Made by a program: the position numbers and the translations under genes
DNA from: Microcoleaceae cyanobacterium
GTDB lineage: Bacteria; Cyanobacteriota; Cyanobacteriia; Cyanobacteriales; Microcoleaceae
Direction: 5' to 3'
Length of the DNA: 41,596 nt
Assembly: GCA_051652765.1 (NCBI GenBank)
Contig: JBOFUV010000029.1
Coordinates: 1-41,596, forward strand
Shown: positions 1 through 11,461 of the stretch, piece by piece
How the letters are laid out: every line of letters begins with the position of its first letter
How positions within the stretch are numbered: the stretch's first letter is position 1
Notes under the pieces: model-generated
What the model saw: the letters and a program-made list of their open reading frames with translations, nothing else
Database searches by the model: none
Told to the model about the DNA's origin: nothing

Positions 1-1
1 A

Positions 2-439
2 GAAGTTGCCGAACAAGCCAAAGATAAAGCCCAAGAGTTAGCGGCTCAAGCCAAGGATAAAGCCGGAGAACTCACCGAACAAGCTAAAGATAAAACTGGC
101 CAACTCCAAGGCAAAGCTCAAGAGTTAGCTGTTCAGGCCAAGCAAAAAGTCGGAGAAGTTGCCGAACAAGCCAAAGATAAAGCGGGCCAACTCCAAGGCA
201 AGACTCAAGAGTTAGCGACTCAGGCCAAGGATGAAGCCGAAGAACTTGCTGACCAGGCCAAAGACATTGCTCATAATACTCAAGACCAAGCCGAGGATGT
301 AGCCCGCACAGCTCAAGATCAAATCTCTCAGATCGAGAATCCAACACAGCGTGAAGTCACTGACTTCGCCGATGCGGTAGAAGCAGAGGCTACAGAAGCA
401 ATTGAGGAGATTGCAAAGTCTCAATCTACAGAACCCTAA
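2..439 (+). CDS. 5'-truncated LEA group 3-like / apolipoprotein-like 11-mer repeat protein (C-terminal 145 aa)
   Basis: Not in the ORF track. Frame 2 is open from the window edge: EVAEQAKDKAQ-ELAAQAKDKAG-ELTEQAKDKTG...KSQSTEP*, stop TAA at 437-439. Confidence 0.8.
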   Translation, partial: EVAEQAKDKAQELAAQAKDKAGELTEQAKDKTGQLQGKAQELAVQAKQKVGEVAEQAKDKAGQLQGKTQELATQAKDEAEELADQAKDIAHNTQDQAEDVARTAQDQISQIENPTQREVTDFADAVEAEATEAIEEIAKSQSTEP

Positions 440-445
440 CTTTTT

Positions 446-523
446 CTGGGTCGCAAAACAACGTGAAACCCAACAATGGTGTAGGGCTGAGCTTGGGTTT
501 CCTGATACTCAGGATCAACCTAC
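446..523. repeat. Degenerate GTAG-type REP/REPIN-like palindromic element, copy A
   Basis: GTGAAACCCAAC...TTGGGTTTC...CAACCTAC; related to 11261-11365 and 22881-23005. Confidence 0.55.
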
Positions 524-548
524 AGGTTTAGGATCTCAGCGCTTATTC

Positions 549-590
549 CCACAGACTTGAGAATTCTCAAAGTAATTCCCAAGTCTGTGG
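549..590. terminator. Inverted repeat downstream of the LEA-like gene (possible terminator or stabiliser)
   Basis: CCACAGACTTGAGAATT / AATTCCCAAGTCTGTGG, 17-bp arms with one mismatch. Confidence 0.4.
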
Positions 591-809
591 AACTTTATTC
601 TATGGGACTTTGAATCCAATTCCCCCAAATTTCAGGACTAGGGGTGAAATTTGTGCAACTACTGAAGTTCCGGTTGTGCTAAGCTCGTTAAAGGCTCTAT
701 TCTATGCACTCTAACTGAGTCTAACGAATCCTCGAAATCTTTTAATTAAATTTTAATTAAAATCCGTGACTACTGTAATTTGCAGAATATTTTCCTGGTG
801 ATTGAAGTT

Positions 810-1103
810 ATGACTGCCTCACCAACGATTGCACCGAGTCGTTCTACTCAAGTTATTCAGAAGCCCTATCCAAACTACAAAGTCATTGTGCTCAACGATG
901 ACTTCAACACATTTCAGCATGTCGCCAACTGCTTAATGAAACATATCCCAGGCATGACGAGTGATCGCGCTTGGGATCTGACTAATCAAGTTCACTATGA
1001 GGGTCAAGCGACCGTTTGGGTTGGCCCTCAAGAACAAGCCGAGTTGTATCACACCCAACTGAGCCGCGAAGGATTAACGATGGCTCCCCTAGAGAAAGCC
1101 TAA
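810..1103 (+). CDS. clpS: ATP-dependent Clp protease adaptor ClpS
   Basis: YKVIVLNDDFNTFQHV...VHYEG motifs. ATG 810 preferred over TTG 780. Confidence 0.93.
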   Translation: MTASPTIAPSRSTQVIQKPYPNYKVIVLNDDFNTFQHVANCLMKHIPGMTSDRAWDLTNQVHYEGQATVWVGPQEQAELYHTQLSREGLTMAPLEKA

Positions 1104-1345
1104 AGCACCTTTGTGGACTCATCCCCAGCCATAAGCTGCTTCATCATCTCTGGCCAAATAATCAGGAAAAACCCCATCCAAGCCAAGATTGGTAGGGCCA
1201 CAATCAATACAATCCAGGGGCGATGAAATAAGAAGTAACTGGTTAAGATGAGGGTAGTTCCTGTGAGAATAATTGACCAGGGTTGACACCACCAAGGCTT
1301 ACTGTTCCAGGGATTAAAGGATTGAGCTTCAGGTTGTTTATCCAT
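1100..1345 (-). CDS. Small cyanobacterial membrane protein (DUF6737-like)
   Basis: PWNSKPWWCQPWSI motif and two hydrophobic helices. Likely ATG at 1345 (ORF track starts at 1366). Confidence 0.7.
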   Translation of the reverse strand: MDKQPEAQSFNPWNSKPWWCQPWSIILTGTTLILTSYFLFHRPWIVLIVALPILAWMGFFLIIWPEMMKQLMAGDESTKVL

Positions 1346-1367
1346 TCTAGATGTGTTGATTTTCAAA

Positions 1368-1403
1368 CTTGATTCTAAGCTTGATTCTAAGCTCGATTTT
1401 AAG
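1368..1403. repeat. 12-bp tandem repeat x3
   Basis: CTTGATTCTAAG CTTGATTCTAAG CTCGATTTTAAG. Confidence 0.85.
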
Positions 1404-1568
1404 CAGATACTTGAAAAGTCGTTAGCGGTGATCTAAAGCCCTGGTTGTTCTCCTCAGCTTCCTTAAAAACAGGGAAATCAGCCGAGCTGTTTGGAATATC
1501 CCCAAATGTTGAGGTCGGGTTCTCTGATGCTCCTGCCTGATCTGCAATGTCGAATGTTGTATGAGTTG

Positions 1569-1682
1569 ATATAGCGATCTCAAATGATTTGTAGGGGATG
1601 GAGGGAGCAATGTCCCTTTCTTGGGGACAAAGTCCCGAACCCCTCTCTAAGATCCCTCACAGTTGATTTAGGATTGCTATAT
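1569..1682. mobile_element. About 114-bp MITE-like element with TA-ended terminal inverted repeats, copy 1
   Basis: Left end ATATAGCGATCTCAAATGATTTGT versus reverse complement of right end ATATAGCAATCCTAAATCAACTGT (18/24 identical). Two internal hairpins. Related copies near 22352 and 28656. Confidence 0.7.
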
Positions 1683-1968
1683 CTTGAAGAACGTCAGCTT
1701 AGACTTGAAATCAAGAAACTGCAAATCAAAATTCTAAATCAAAATTCTAAATCAATATTTGCCAGAGTCCTAGGCTATATTGGCAGAAGAAGGTTGTGAA
1801 AAATTTGTTGCAATAAGCTGGTTTAGTGGTTGGGGTGCTCCGTTTGGTTGGAATCCAGAGAGAACTTAGTTAGCTGAGAAGGATTGACTAGAATTGAGTA
1901 GAACGGTTTAGCGGTCTACAATTCCTCTGGTACATCAAGTTAAGGTTCGTGCCCCTTGGGAGATAAGA

Positions 1969-3468
1969 ATGTCGTCAAATCAGATTCGATTATCCAGACG
2001 CTCCAGACTAACGTATGGCGATCAGCGATTTTTTTTAGTTCTTTTACTGGTTGCTGTTCCCTTGCCTCTTTGCGTGCCTCTGAAGGCTGAAGCTCAACCG
2101 ATTCTTCTTGTTGCTGAGAGGGCGACTTCAACAAACCCTCAACTCAATTCAGCCTATATTCTGGGGATTGGAGATCGGGTTCGGATCGATGTGTTTGGCG
2201 TGGAAAAGTACAGTGGCGACTACTTGGTCTTAACGGATGGAACCCTAAATCTGCCTGGAATTGGTGTAATTCAAGTTGAAGGGTTGACGATTCCTCAGGC
2301 TCAAGCCGTCATTACCCAACGGTTGACTGCCATTCTGAAACAGCCTACGGTGACATTGAGCCTAACCGGTTTGCGTCCAGTTCAAGTGGCGATTTCTGGA
2401 GAGGTCAACCGCCCAGGTTCCTATAACTTAAGCTCACAAAGTCGGGGAGGCAGTCAAGGTGGTGATACGGGTACGAGTACAGGTGGCCAAGGGAGCGAAC
2501 AATTTTCCCGGTTGACTAAAGCGTTGCAGCAGGCGGGCGGAATTACTCAAGCCGCTGATATCCGCCAGGTTCAACTCCGACGAGCAGGCCCCCAAGGTTC
2601 AGTGATCACCCTTAACCTAGAAGAACTACTGAGGGAAGGCAACCTGGGCCAAGACCCAATCTTGCTAGATGGAGACAGCATTTTTATTCCCACAGCCTTG
2701 AGTATTGAGTCCTCAGAAATTCGTCAGTTGATTTCGACAAATCTGGCCCCAGACATTTCCGAGCCTCTACAAGTTGTCGTCGTGGGGGAAGTGTTTCGTC
2801 CAGGGGTTTATTCGGTGACTACAGAAAATGATACTTCTGACCCACCGACCGTGACTAAAGCAATTCAGCAAGCGGGAGGAATCACAGAATCAGCCAATAT
2901 CCGTCAAGTTGAGGTGCGTCGGATTACCCGCTCAGGTCTGCAAACAACGGAGGTCAATCTCTGGGAACTCCTACAGTCAGGGGACATCACTCAAGACCCC
3001 TTTTTGCAAGAGGGAGATACGATTATTATTCCGACGGCAACTGAGATTGATCCAACTGAGATACGAGACTTGGCAACGGCTAGTTTTGCACCTGCTACGA
3101 TTAACGTCAACGTAGTCGGAGAGGTCATTACACCCGGCATTATTCAGGTTCCTCCTAATACTCCAATGAATCAGGCATTGTTGGCGGCAGGTGGATTCGA
3201 CCGGGTTCGAGCCAAAAGGAGCAAGATTGAGCTGATTCGTTTAAATCCCGATGGCAGTGTATCCCGCAGACAAATCTCAGTTGATTTGGCTCAGGGAGTG
3301 AGTGAAGAAAATAATCCAGTGCTGCAAAACAACGATATTCTGATTGTCGATCGTTCGGGGTTCACCAGTTTTGCGGATGCTACAGATCAAATCTTTGGCC
3401 AAGTTAGTAACTTTATCTCTGCGCTAACAATCTTCCGTGTGTTCTTCGGGAGTAGTGGCGGAAATTAA
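1969..3468 (+). CDS. wza: Polysaccharide export outer-membrane protein (Wza/OPX, Poly_export + SLBB repeats)
   Basis: YILGIGDRVRIDVF, DGTLNLPGIG, repeated GEVxRPG...AGGIT SLBB units. Confidence 0.88.
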   Translation: MSSNQIRLSRRSRLTYGDQRFFLVLLLVAVPLPLCVPLKAEAQPILLVAERATSTNPQLNSAYILGIGDRVRIDVFGVEKYSGDYLVLTDGTLNLPGIGVIQVEGLTIPQAQAVITQRLTAILKQPTVTLSLTGLRPVQVAISGEVNRPGSYNLSSQSRGGSQGGDTGTSTGGQGSEQFSRLTKALQQAGGITQAADIRQVQLRRAGPQGSVITLNLEELLREGNLGQDPILLDGDSIFIPTALSIESSEIRQLISTNLAPDISEPLQVVVVGEVFRPGVYSVTTENDTSDPPTVTKAIQQAGGITESANIRQVEVRRITRSGLQTTEVNLWELLQSGDITQDPFLQEGDTIIIPTATEIDPTEIRDLATASFAPATINVNVVGEVITPGIIQVPPNTPMNQALLAAGGFDRVRAKRSKIELIRLNPDGSVSRRQISVDLAQGVSEENNPVLQNNDILIVDRSGFTSFADATDQIFGQVSNFISALTIFRVFFGSSGGN

Positions 3469-3641
3469 ACGAGTTGTCATCAGTGATCAACTAACTCATT
3501 GTTCAGCAATCTATTCAAGGTTAATTCCTTTTGTTGTAGCGATAAAATCTAAGCAACACAGTTAGAAAAACGAAACTTTGGGTGGGACTATTTGTTCTTT
3601 ATTAATTGGTTTTTTTGAAAGTAAGTGGTTATAAGGAAATT

Positions 3642-5942
3642 ATGGCAGAGCTACAAGCAGGTATCAGACGAGAGAATAGTGCGATCGCAGAATCAAACGG
3701 ATTCAGAGTTTCTGACTTTTCCAATGAGAGTTCGGACGAGCTAGGGAGTTCCTCCTCAGGGGGTTTAAACCTCAGCCCATTGCTCAGAACCCTACAACGC
3801 AAAGCCTTACTGGTTTTGGGGACAACGGGGATTGCAGCAGCTTTAGGTTCGCAGCTTTATAAAGCCCCAGAGCCAGTTTATATAGGAAACTTTCAAATCC
3901 AAGTTGAACCCGCAAATGCGACCGAACAACTGAACGACCCCCGAGAACTGACTCGTCCCGATGGAGCCCCAACAGACAAACTGGATTATCCAACTCAGCT
4001 TGAGATCTTGAAAAGTACAGTCTTATTAAACGATATCGTTGAAGAGGTAAGAAATACTAAAGATAGTAAGGGAACATTGCTCTATCCAGACTTCAGTCTC
4101 ACCAAGCTCCAAAAAGGATTATTGGTGGAACAGTTGGTGGGAGAAAACCGCCGCTTTGATGCGACAAAAATTATTCAAGCGAGCTATCAAGCCTCAGATT
4201 CAGAACTCGTTCAGGCTGTTTTGGATGCAACTCGCGATCGCTACTTAACCTATAGTCTAGAAGAACGAACCACTGGAATTGATGAAGCCATTCGGTTTAT
4301 CGATTCGCAACTTCCTGAACTCAGAAAGAAAGTTGGTAATCATCAAGCAGAAATTCAACAGCTTCAGCAAAAATATGAATTAATTAATCCTCAGATTCAA
4401 GGCGAGCAACTCTATGCTCAAATCAGCACGATTGACACTCAAATTCTAGATACTCAGCGAGAGCTACCTGAACTGCAAAGCCAGTACGTAACCCTCAGAT
4501 CCCAGCTCAATCTGAATCCTGATGAAGCCTTAGCAGCCTCTGCTTTGAGTGAAAGCCCAACGCTGGCTCAGCTTCGGACTCAAATCACAGAAGTAGACAG
4601 TAAATTGGCTGAGCAATCAACTATTTTTCAACCGGATACACCAGAAATTCAACAACTTTTAGAACAGAAACAGAACCTGGAAAATTTGTTGAATCAAGAG
4701 ACTCAGCGAACACTGGAATCTAGCTCTGTTCCTGTTCAGAATCCCGCCATTTATTCCTTCCAAAACTCAACTCGCCAGCAGCTTATTACTCAACTAGTTG
4801 ATACTGGAAATAAAATTCAGGTTCTCGAAGTGCGGATTGAGAACTTACGACAACTCAAGGGAAATTTAGAACAGCAAGCCCAAGAATATCCTGTCATTGC
4901 CCGTCGTTACAACGATGCTCAAAAGCAGTTAGATGGAACCAATCAATTATTGGATCAATTTCTCACACAACGGGAGAAATTACGAGTTGAACGGGCTCAG
5001 GATAATGAACCCTGGAAAGTAATTAATCAACCTCAAATTGAGACGGATGCTCAAGGAGAAGCGGTTTCCGTTGCTGACGACAAATCATTAATCACAATGT
5101 TAATGAGCACTGCAGGTGGTCTGGTTTTAGGAGTTGGACTAGCACTTTTATTAGAAAAACTGCAGAACATTTTTTATACAACTGAGGATTTAAAAGAATC
5201 CATTTCCTTGCCCCTGCTGGGGATTATTCCTCGTCACAAACAATCTAGAATTTCAAACTTGTTTAAGCTACCTGGATTAGACTTGGACTCTGAGCTTTCG
5301 ATCCCCCGTCAGTCAGAGTTTGATGATGCTTTTGATAGCCTCTATGCCAATATCCGGTTTCAGTATCCTGAGTTTCCGCTGCGATCGCTGGCGGTATGTT
5401 CTGCCGAGTCTGGGGATGGCAAGTCAACCGTGGCCTTGCATTTGGCCGAGACCGTAGCTGGCATGGGCCAGAAAGTATTACTCATTGATGCCAATTTACG
5501 AGATCCAAAACTTCATATCAACCTGGGATTACCTAACCAGAAAGGGCTGTCTGATTTATTAACTGACAGTAAGCTCGATCCTAAAATTATGATCCAGCCT
5601 GTGAGCGGCATAGATAATCTATTTGTGCTCACCGCAGGCAATCCCTCCTCCAGTGCGATCAAGCTCTTGGGTTCATCCCAAATGCTGCGTATCGTTGAGG
5701 AGTTGCAGAATACCTTTGACCTTGTCCTCTGTGACACCCCCGAGCTACAACACTACACTGATGCTGCATTCTTGTCGGGGCATTTAGATGGATTGCTGAT
5801 GGTTGTTAGCATTGCCAAGAGCCGTAAAACCGTTGTTGAACAAACGATCGCCGAGGTGAACAAGTTTCATCTCCCCTGCCTAGGTATGGTGGGCAACTAT
5901 CCTCGGCGCAACTCTGCTGCCAGTGTTCCTTCTGGATACTAG
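3642..5942 (+). CDS. wzc: Polysaccharide co-polymerase / BY-kinase-like protein (Wzc/GumC)
   Basis: Two TM segments flank a long coiled coil; Walker A SAESGDGKST, LLIDANLRDP, LCDTPE. ATG 3642 follows AAGGA. Confidence 0.88.
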   Translation: MAELQAGIRRENSAIAESNGFRVSDFSNESSDELGSSSSGGLNLSPLLRTLQRKALLVLGTTGIAAALGSQLYKAPEPVYIGNFQIQVEPANATEQLNDPRELTRPDGAPTDKLDYPTQLEILKSTVLLNDIVEEVRNTKDSKGTLLYPDFSLTKLQKGLLVEQLVGENRRFDATKIIQASYQASDSELVQAVLDATRDRYLTYSLEERTTGIDEAIRFIDSQLPELRKKVGNHQAEIQQLQQKYELINPQIQGEQLYAQISTIDTQILDTQRELPELQSQYVTLRSQLNLNPDEALAASALSESPTLAQLRTQITEVDSKLAEQSTIFQPDTPEIQQLLEQKQNLENLLNQETQRTLESSSVPVQNPAIYSFQNSTRQQLITQLVDTGNKIQVLEVRIENLRQLKGNLEQQAQEYPVIARRYNDAQKQLDGTNQLLDQFLTQREKLRVERAQDNEPWKVINQPQIETDAQGEAVSVADDKSLITMLMSTAGGLVLGVGLALLLEKLQNIFYTTEDLKESISLPLLGIIPRHKQSRISNLFKLPGLDLDSELSIPRQSEFDDAFDSLYANIRFQYPEFPLRSLAVCSAESGDGKSTVALHLAETVAGMGQKVLLIDANLRDPKLHINLGLPNQKGLSDLLTDSKLDPKIMIQPVSGIDNLFVLTAGNPSSSAIKLLGSSQMLRIVEELQNTFDLVLCDTPELQHYTDAAFLSGHLDGLLMVVSIAKSRKTVVEQTIAEVNKFHLPCLGMVGNYPRRNSAASVPSGY

Positions 5943-5996
5943 AAAATCATTAAAAATTATTAATCATTAAAACCTCAAAGTTCCTGAATCAAGATC

Positions 5997-7022
5997 TCAA
6001 ACGCTAGAAGAGTCAACCGCTGACGAATTAGGATAAAACTGGTTGGCCCATCGTAGGCTTGACCGAATTGGCCCATCTTCCTCAAACAAGATCGGGTGAT
6101 GTAAATCCTGGCGATGTTCTAGGATCGGGAGATCCTGTTCAAAAGTATTAGCCACGTCACGCTTGAGCAGGGCTGTCAACACCCAACCCAAGGGTTGAGG
6201 CAGCAACTTTTTGACACTGAAGAAAATTTCAATATCGAGATGGTCTTCATCTATGGGGGTTCCGGTAAAAATGGTCAAGAGTTCCAACTTGATCCGGCCC
6301 TGAGTCCAGTAATAACTCACATCATAGGCTGGCCCATAATAAATTGTCGTTACACCGCCATCCTCGTCCACGAACTTACCTGCCGCTAACGACGAAAGAT
6401 TATACTTTTGGGACATGCGGTGGGTCAGCACTGGGCCATCAATTTCAATCCCCAAACTTTTTGCCGAACTAAATGTCTGACTATGGAGGTTGGATAAATG
6501 AGAGACATCTACACTATTTTCCATATAGTGTCTCAACGTGGTTCGCACTCGCCAACGCCGTACCGAGCTTAACGGTGTCCATTTTTGAGTCAACAATTCA
6601 GGAATTCCCGGAATTTGCCAATTCGGGAGATCAGCTTGATGGTGGTAATACATCAAAATCAGACCATTCACCTCTTGAACAGGCCAAGACTGAATTCGAA
6701 CTTGCGGCAGTTGTTTATCTGGATAGGGAACATGAACGCACTGGCCTGCTCCATTCCACCGCCAACCATGATAGGGACACCGAATCGTATCGGCCTGAAT
6801 CGTACTGCCATAACCCAGGTGAGCCCCAAGATGCGGACAATAGGCATCCAGTAACCGAGGCGTGCCATCCTCTGCCCGAAACAAGACAAAATCTCGACCA
6901 AAGTAATGCAGAGGCAATACTTTCTTCGGGGGCAACTCCCAACCGGTGGCAATTCGGAACCAACTATTGGGAAAGCCCAGACGAGAGTGCTGATTTTTGG
7001 TCTGATCGATGTTCTGAACCAT
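5997..7022 (-). CDS. Rieske [2Fe-2S] non-heme iron oxygenase (KshA/Neverland-like architecture)
   Basis: CPHLGAHL...CPYHGW Rieske motif; ENSVDVSHLSNLH and FEQD mononuclear-iron ligands. Confidence 0.88.
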   Translation of the reverse strand: MVQNIDQTKNQHSRLGFPNSWFRIATGWELPPKKVLPLHYFGRDFVLFRAEDGTPRLLDAYCPHLGAHLGYGSTIQADTIRCPYHGWRWNGAGQCVHVPYPDKQLPQVRIQSWPVQEVNGLILMYYHHQADLPNWQIPGIPELLTQKWTPLSSVRRWRVRTTLRHYMENSVDVSHLSNLHSQTFSSAKSLGIEIDGPVLTHRMSQKYNLSSLAAGKFVDEDGGVTTIYYGPAYDVSYYWTQGRIKLELLTIFTGTPIDEDHLDIEIFFSVKKLLPQPLGWVLTALLKRDVANTFEQDLPILEHRQDLHHPILFEEDGPIRSSLRWANQFYPNSSAVDSSSV

Positions 7023-7081
7023 AGTATTTCTTATTTTAGGAGTTGTATTGTCTTTCGGATCAGGCTCTGGTATCTCCGGTC

Positions 7082-7147
7082 AGAACCCTCAGTTAGAAGC
7101 CAAGGTTCAGAATGCTCACCTAGAACCCTCAGTTAGAACCCTCAGTT
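7082..7147. repeat. 13-bp direct repeat x3 (two in tandem)
   Basis: AGAACCCTCAGTT at 7082, 7122 and 7135. Confidence 0.8.
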
Positions 7148-7232
7148 AGAAAACTTTAGGGTGATCATAAGCCAAGATAATGAATCTGCCATGGTTATTT
7201 TGATGGGTTGAGGAAAAACTAGACCGATCCGT

Positions 7233-7261
7233 TTGATTTAGGGACAGGGGAAAACTATAAT
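7233..7261 (+). promoter_or_regulatory. Sigma70-type promoter candidate for the FAAL gene
   Basis: TTGATT-N17-TATAAT, about 65 bp upstream of ATG 7326. Confidence 0.55.
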
Positions 7262-7325
7262 GCTGAGACTGATGCTTTCCTCACCCGACCAAATCGTAGA
7301 CCTTCTCATGAGTTCCGCTTACTGA

Positions 7326-9104
7326 ATGAGTGGCTTAGATATTTTCAACAACATCGTTACCTTAGTTGACCTCCTGCGCCATCGGGCAGAACACTCTCCT
7401 GAACAAGTTGCTTACACCTTCTTGGTTGATGGAGAACTGGAGCAGGTCAGCTTTACACATCGGGCACTGGATCAGAAGGCCAAGGCGATCGCGGCCTATC
7501 TACAATCTTGCTGTCAGCCGGGAGAACGAGCAATTCTGTTGTATCAACCCGGACTTGATTATGTCAGTGCCTTTTTTGGCTGTCTGTATGCCGGAATAAT
7601 CGCCGTTCCCGCCTATCCCCCCCGTCCCAACCGATCCCTCGCCCGTTTACAATCAATTTTCAGCAACGCCCAAGCAACAATTGCACTCACCAGCGAGTCC
7701 ATTTTTACTAGCTTACAACGACGGGCTGAATCTGTCCCCGAACTCGAACAGACCTCTTGGTTGGCAACCGATCTTTTAGAGGACTCCCTCGGGGCGCAGT
7801 GGCAAGCTCCCTCTCTGCATCCGGATAGTCTGGCCTTTTTGCAATATACCTCCGGTTCTACTGCCACTCCTAAAGGGGTGATGATTACCCATCGGAACTT
7901 ACTGGAGAACCTGACCGCGATCCACTGTTGTTTTGAGCATACGCCCCAAAGTCAAGGCGTGATTTGGTTGCCGCCCTATCATGACATGGGTTTGATTGGG
8001 GGGGTTTTACAGCCGTTGTTTGGGGGGTTTCCGGTGGTGTTAATGTCCCCCTTGCTGTTCCTACAACGCCCAATTCGTTGGCTAGAGGCGATTTCTCGCC
8101 ATCGCGGGACAACAAGCGGCGGGCCAAACTTTGCCTATGATCTTTGTGTTCGTCGAACTACTCCAGAACAGCGGGCGGGTTTAGATCTAAGCAGTTGGAC
8201 ATTGGCCTTTAATGGGGCGGAACCGATTTACGCCGAAGTATTGGAGCAATTTGTGCAAACCTTTGAACCCCATGGATTTCGCCGAGAAGGGTTCTATCCC
8301 TGCTATGGCATGGCGGAGGCAACTTTAATTATTTCAGGGGGCAAAAAGGCGGCATTTCCTGTCTTGAAAACTGTTCAGGCAAGTGCCCTAGAACATAATC
8401 AAGTTGCTCCCACCACGGAGAAGACCCCTAACACCCGAACCCTTGTGGGATGTGGCCATGCTTTACCGGGTCAGCGGGTGCAAATTGTCAATCCCGAGAC
8501 GTTGGTGCTCTGTTCTGCCGGAGAGGTGGGAGAAATCTGGGTGCAGGGGCCAAGTATTGCTCAAGGCTACTGGCATAATCCGGAGGCCACAGCACAAAAC
8601 TTTCAGGCACACTTGGCTTCTAATGAAGCAGGGCCATTCCTTCGCACTGGAGATTTAGGATTTTTAGAGGGGGATGAACTGTTTGTCACAGGCCGTCTTA
8701 AGGATTTGATTATCATTAATGGTCACAATCACTATCCTCAGGATATTGAATGGACGGTCGAACACTGCAATCCCCTGATCCGACCCAACTGTGCTGCGGG
8801 TTTTTCAGTTGAGGTGAGCGGAGAAGAACGGCTGGTTGTTGTAGCTGAAGTTGAGCGCCATTATCAAAAGCGTCGCTCAATTTATCCTGAATCCGCATCT
8901 GAGTCCCCGAACTTGAAAGAAATTGTGCAATCTATTCAACAGGCTGTGTTGCAATCTCATGACCTTTCAGTCTACACCGTTGCCCTGCTTAAACCAGGGA
9001 CAATTCCCAAAACCTCTAGCGGAAAAATTCAGCGTCATGCCTGCCGAGCCTTGTTTTTGGCAGGAACTTTAGAAACCCTTGAGGCTTGGTCAGTGAAAGC
9101 TTAG
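7326..9104 (+). CDS. Fatty acyl-AMP ligase (FAAL)
   Basis: LAFLQYTSGSTATPKGV, WLPPYHDMGLIG, PCYGMAEATL followed by the FAAL insertion region, LRTGDLG, IPKTSSGKIQR. Confidence 0.92.
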   Translation: MSGLDIFNNIVTLVDLLRHRAEHSPEQVAYTFLVDGELEQVSFTHRALDQKAKAIAAYLQSCCQPGERAILLYQPGLDYVSAFFGCLYAGIIAVPAYPPRPNRSLARLQSIFSNAQATIALTSESIFTSLQRRAESVPELEQTSWLATDLLEDSLGAQWQAPSLHPDSLAFLQYTSGSTATPKGVMITHRNLLENLTAIHCCFEHTPQSQGVIWLPPYHDMGLIGGVLQPLFGGFPVVLMSPLLFLQRPIRWLEAISRHRGTTSGGPNFAYDLCVRRTTPEQRAGLDLSSWTLAFNGAEPIYAEVLEQFVQTFEPHGFRREGFYPCYGMAEATLIISGGKKAAFPVLKTVQASALEHNQVAPTTEKTPNTRTLVGCGHALPGQRVQIVNPETLVLCSAGEVGEIWVQGPSIAQGYWHNPEATAQNFQAHLASNEAGPFLRTGDLGFLEGDELFVTGRLKDLIIINGHNHYPQDIEWTVEHCNPLIRPNCAAGFSVEVSGEERLVVVAEVERHYQKRRSIYPESASESPNLKEIVQSIQQAVLQSHDLSVYTVALLKPGTIPKTSSGKIQRHACRALFLAGTLETLEAWSVKA

Positions 9105-9368
9105 GTGGAATGATTATCCGCAACAACGATGCCTTGGAACCCAATCGCAGCGTGAGACTGCTGGTTACCCTTTCTAGTTCTATAGCTCTCATGGCAAAAT
9201 AACCATCATGTCTTTCCCTATTTCATGGTTAGACCAGACAAACTGCAAGCAGTCGGGAGTTCACGATTGGGCGCGTACCGCCGAGGGATATTTCGGCCAA
9301 CGACCCATCCCCTGTGACCCCAAAAATCGAGTGGTGCTAAAGTTTTTAGCGTGTTGGAGGAGTGAATC

Positions 9369-11170
<1,802 letters not shown>

Positions 11171-11196
11171 TTCTTGGAAGTCCTTGGTGGTTTGTC

Positions 11197-11261
11197 TAGA
11201 CAAATCTTGTAGACAGATTTTGTAGACAAATCTTGTAGACAGATTTTGTAAACAAATCTTG
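11197..11261. repeat. 13-bp tandem repeat x5 with alternating variants (26-bp higher-order unit)
   Basis: TAGACAAATCTTG / TAGACAGATTTTG alternate; the last unit is TAAACAAATCTTG. Confidence 0.9.
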
Positions 11262-11365
11262 TAGGTTGGGGTAGAACAAAGTGAAATCTAACAAGCCTCT
11301 GAGAGTGTTAGCTTGAGAGTGTTAGCCTGAGGAGTGTTAGGTCTGCCACCTCGACACCAACCGAC
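11261..11365. repeat. GTAG-type REP/REPIN-like element, copy B, with internal 14-bp triplication
   Basis: GTAGGTTGGGGTAGAACAAAGTGAAATCTAAC...GTTAGGTCT...CCAACCGAC; internal (GA)GAGTGTTAG x3. Confidence 0.6.
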
Positions 11366-11461
11366 ACAACCCGATCAGCTCGACAGACCACCAGACTAGG
11401 GCAAATTGACGCTCAAACAGATGGGGCTCAGAGTCCTTCACTCATCCTTCTACCAAGGTTC

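Noticed and set aside
84..424. Minus-strand ORFs 84-347 and 212-424
   Set aside because: They are shadows of the plus-strand LEA-like repeat gene.
1422..1799. ORFs 1422-1610 (-) and 1584-1799 (+)
   Set aside because: They run through a MITE and microduplications and show no recognisable protein features.
6195..7136. Several alternative-frame ORFs over the Rieske gene, e.g. 6473-7024 (+), and similar ones such as 39310-39960 (-)
   Set aside because: They are antisense or out-of-frame shadows of well-supported genes with no motifs of their own.
9270..9282. ops/JUMPStart-like element (GGCGGTAC on the minus strand)
   Set aside because: It is on the wrong strand for the operon and mismatches GGCGGTAG.
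11197..11365. Possible CRISPR array (also the arrays at 26691 and 38213)
   Set aside because: Units are 13-14 bp and contiguous, with no unique spacers and no cas genes.
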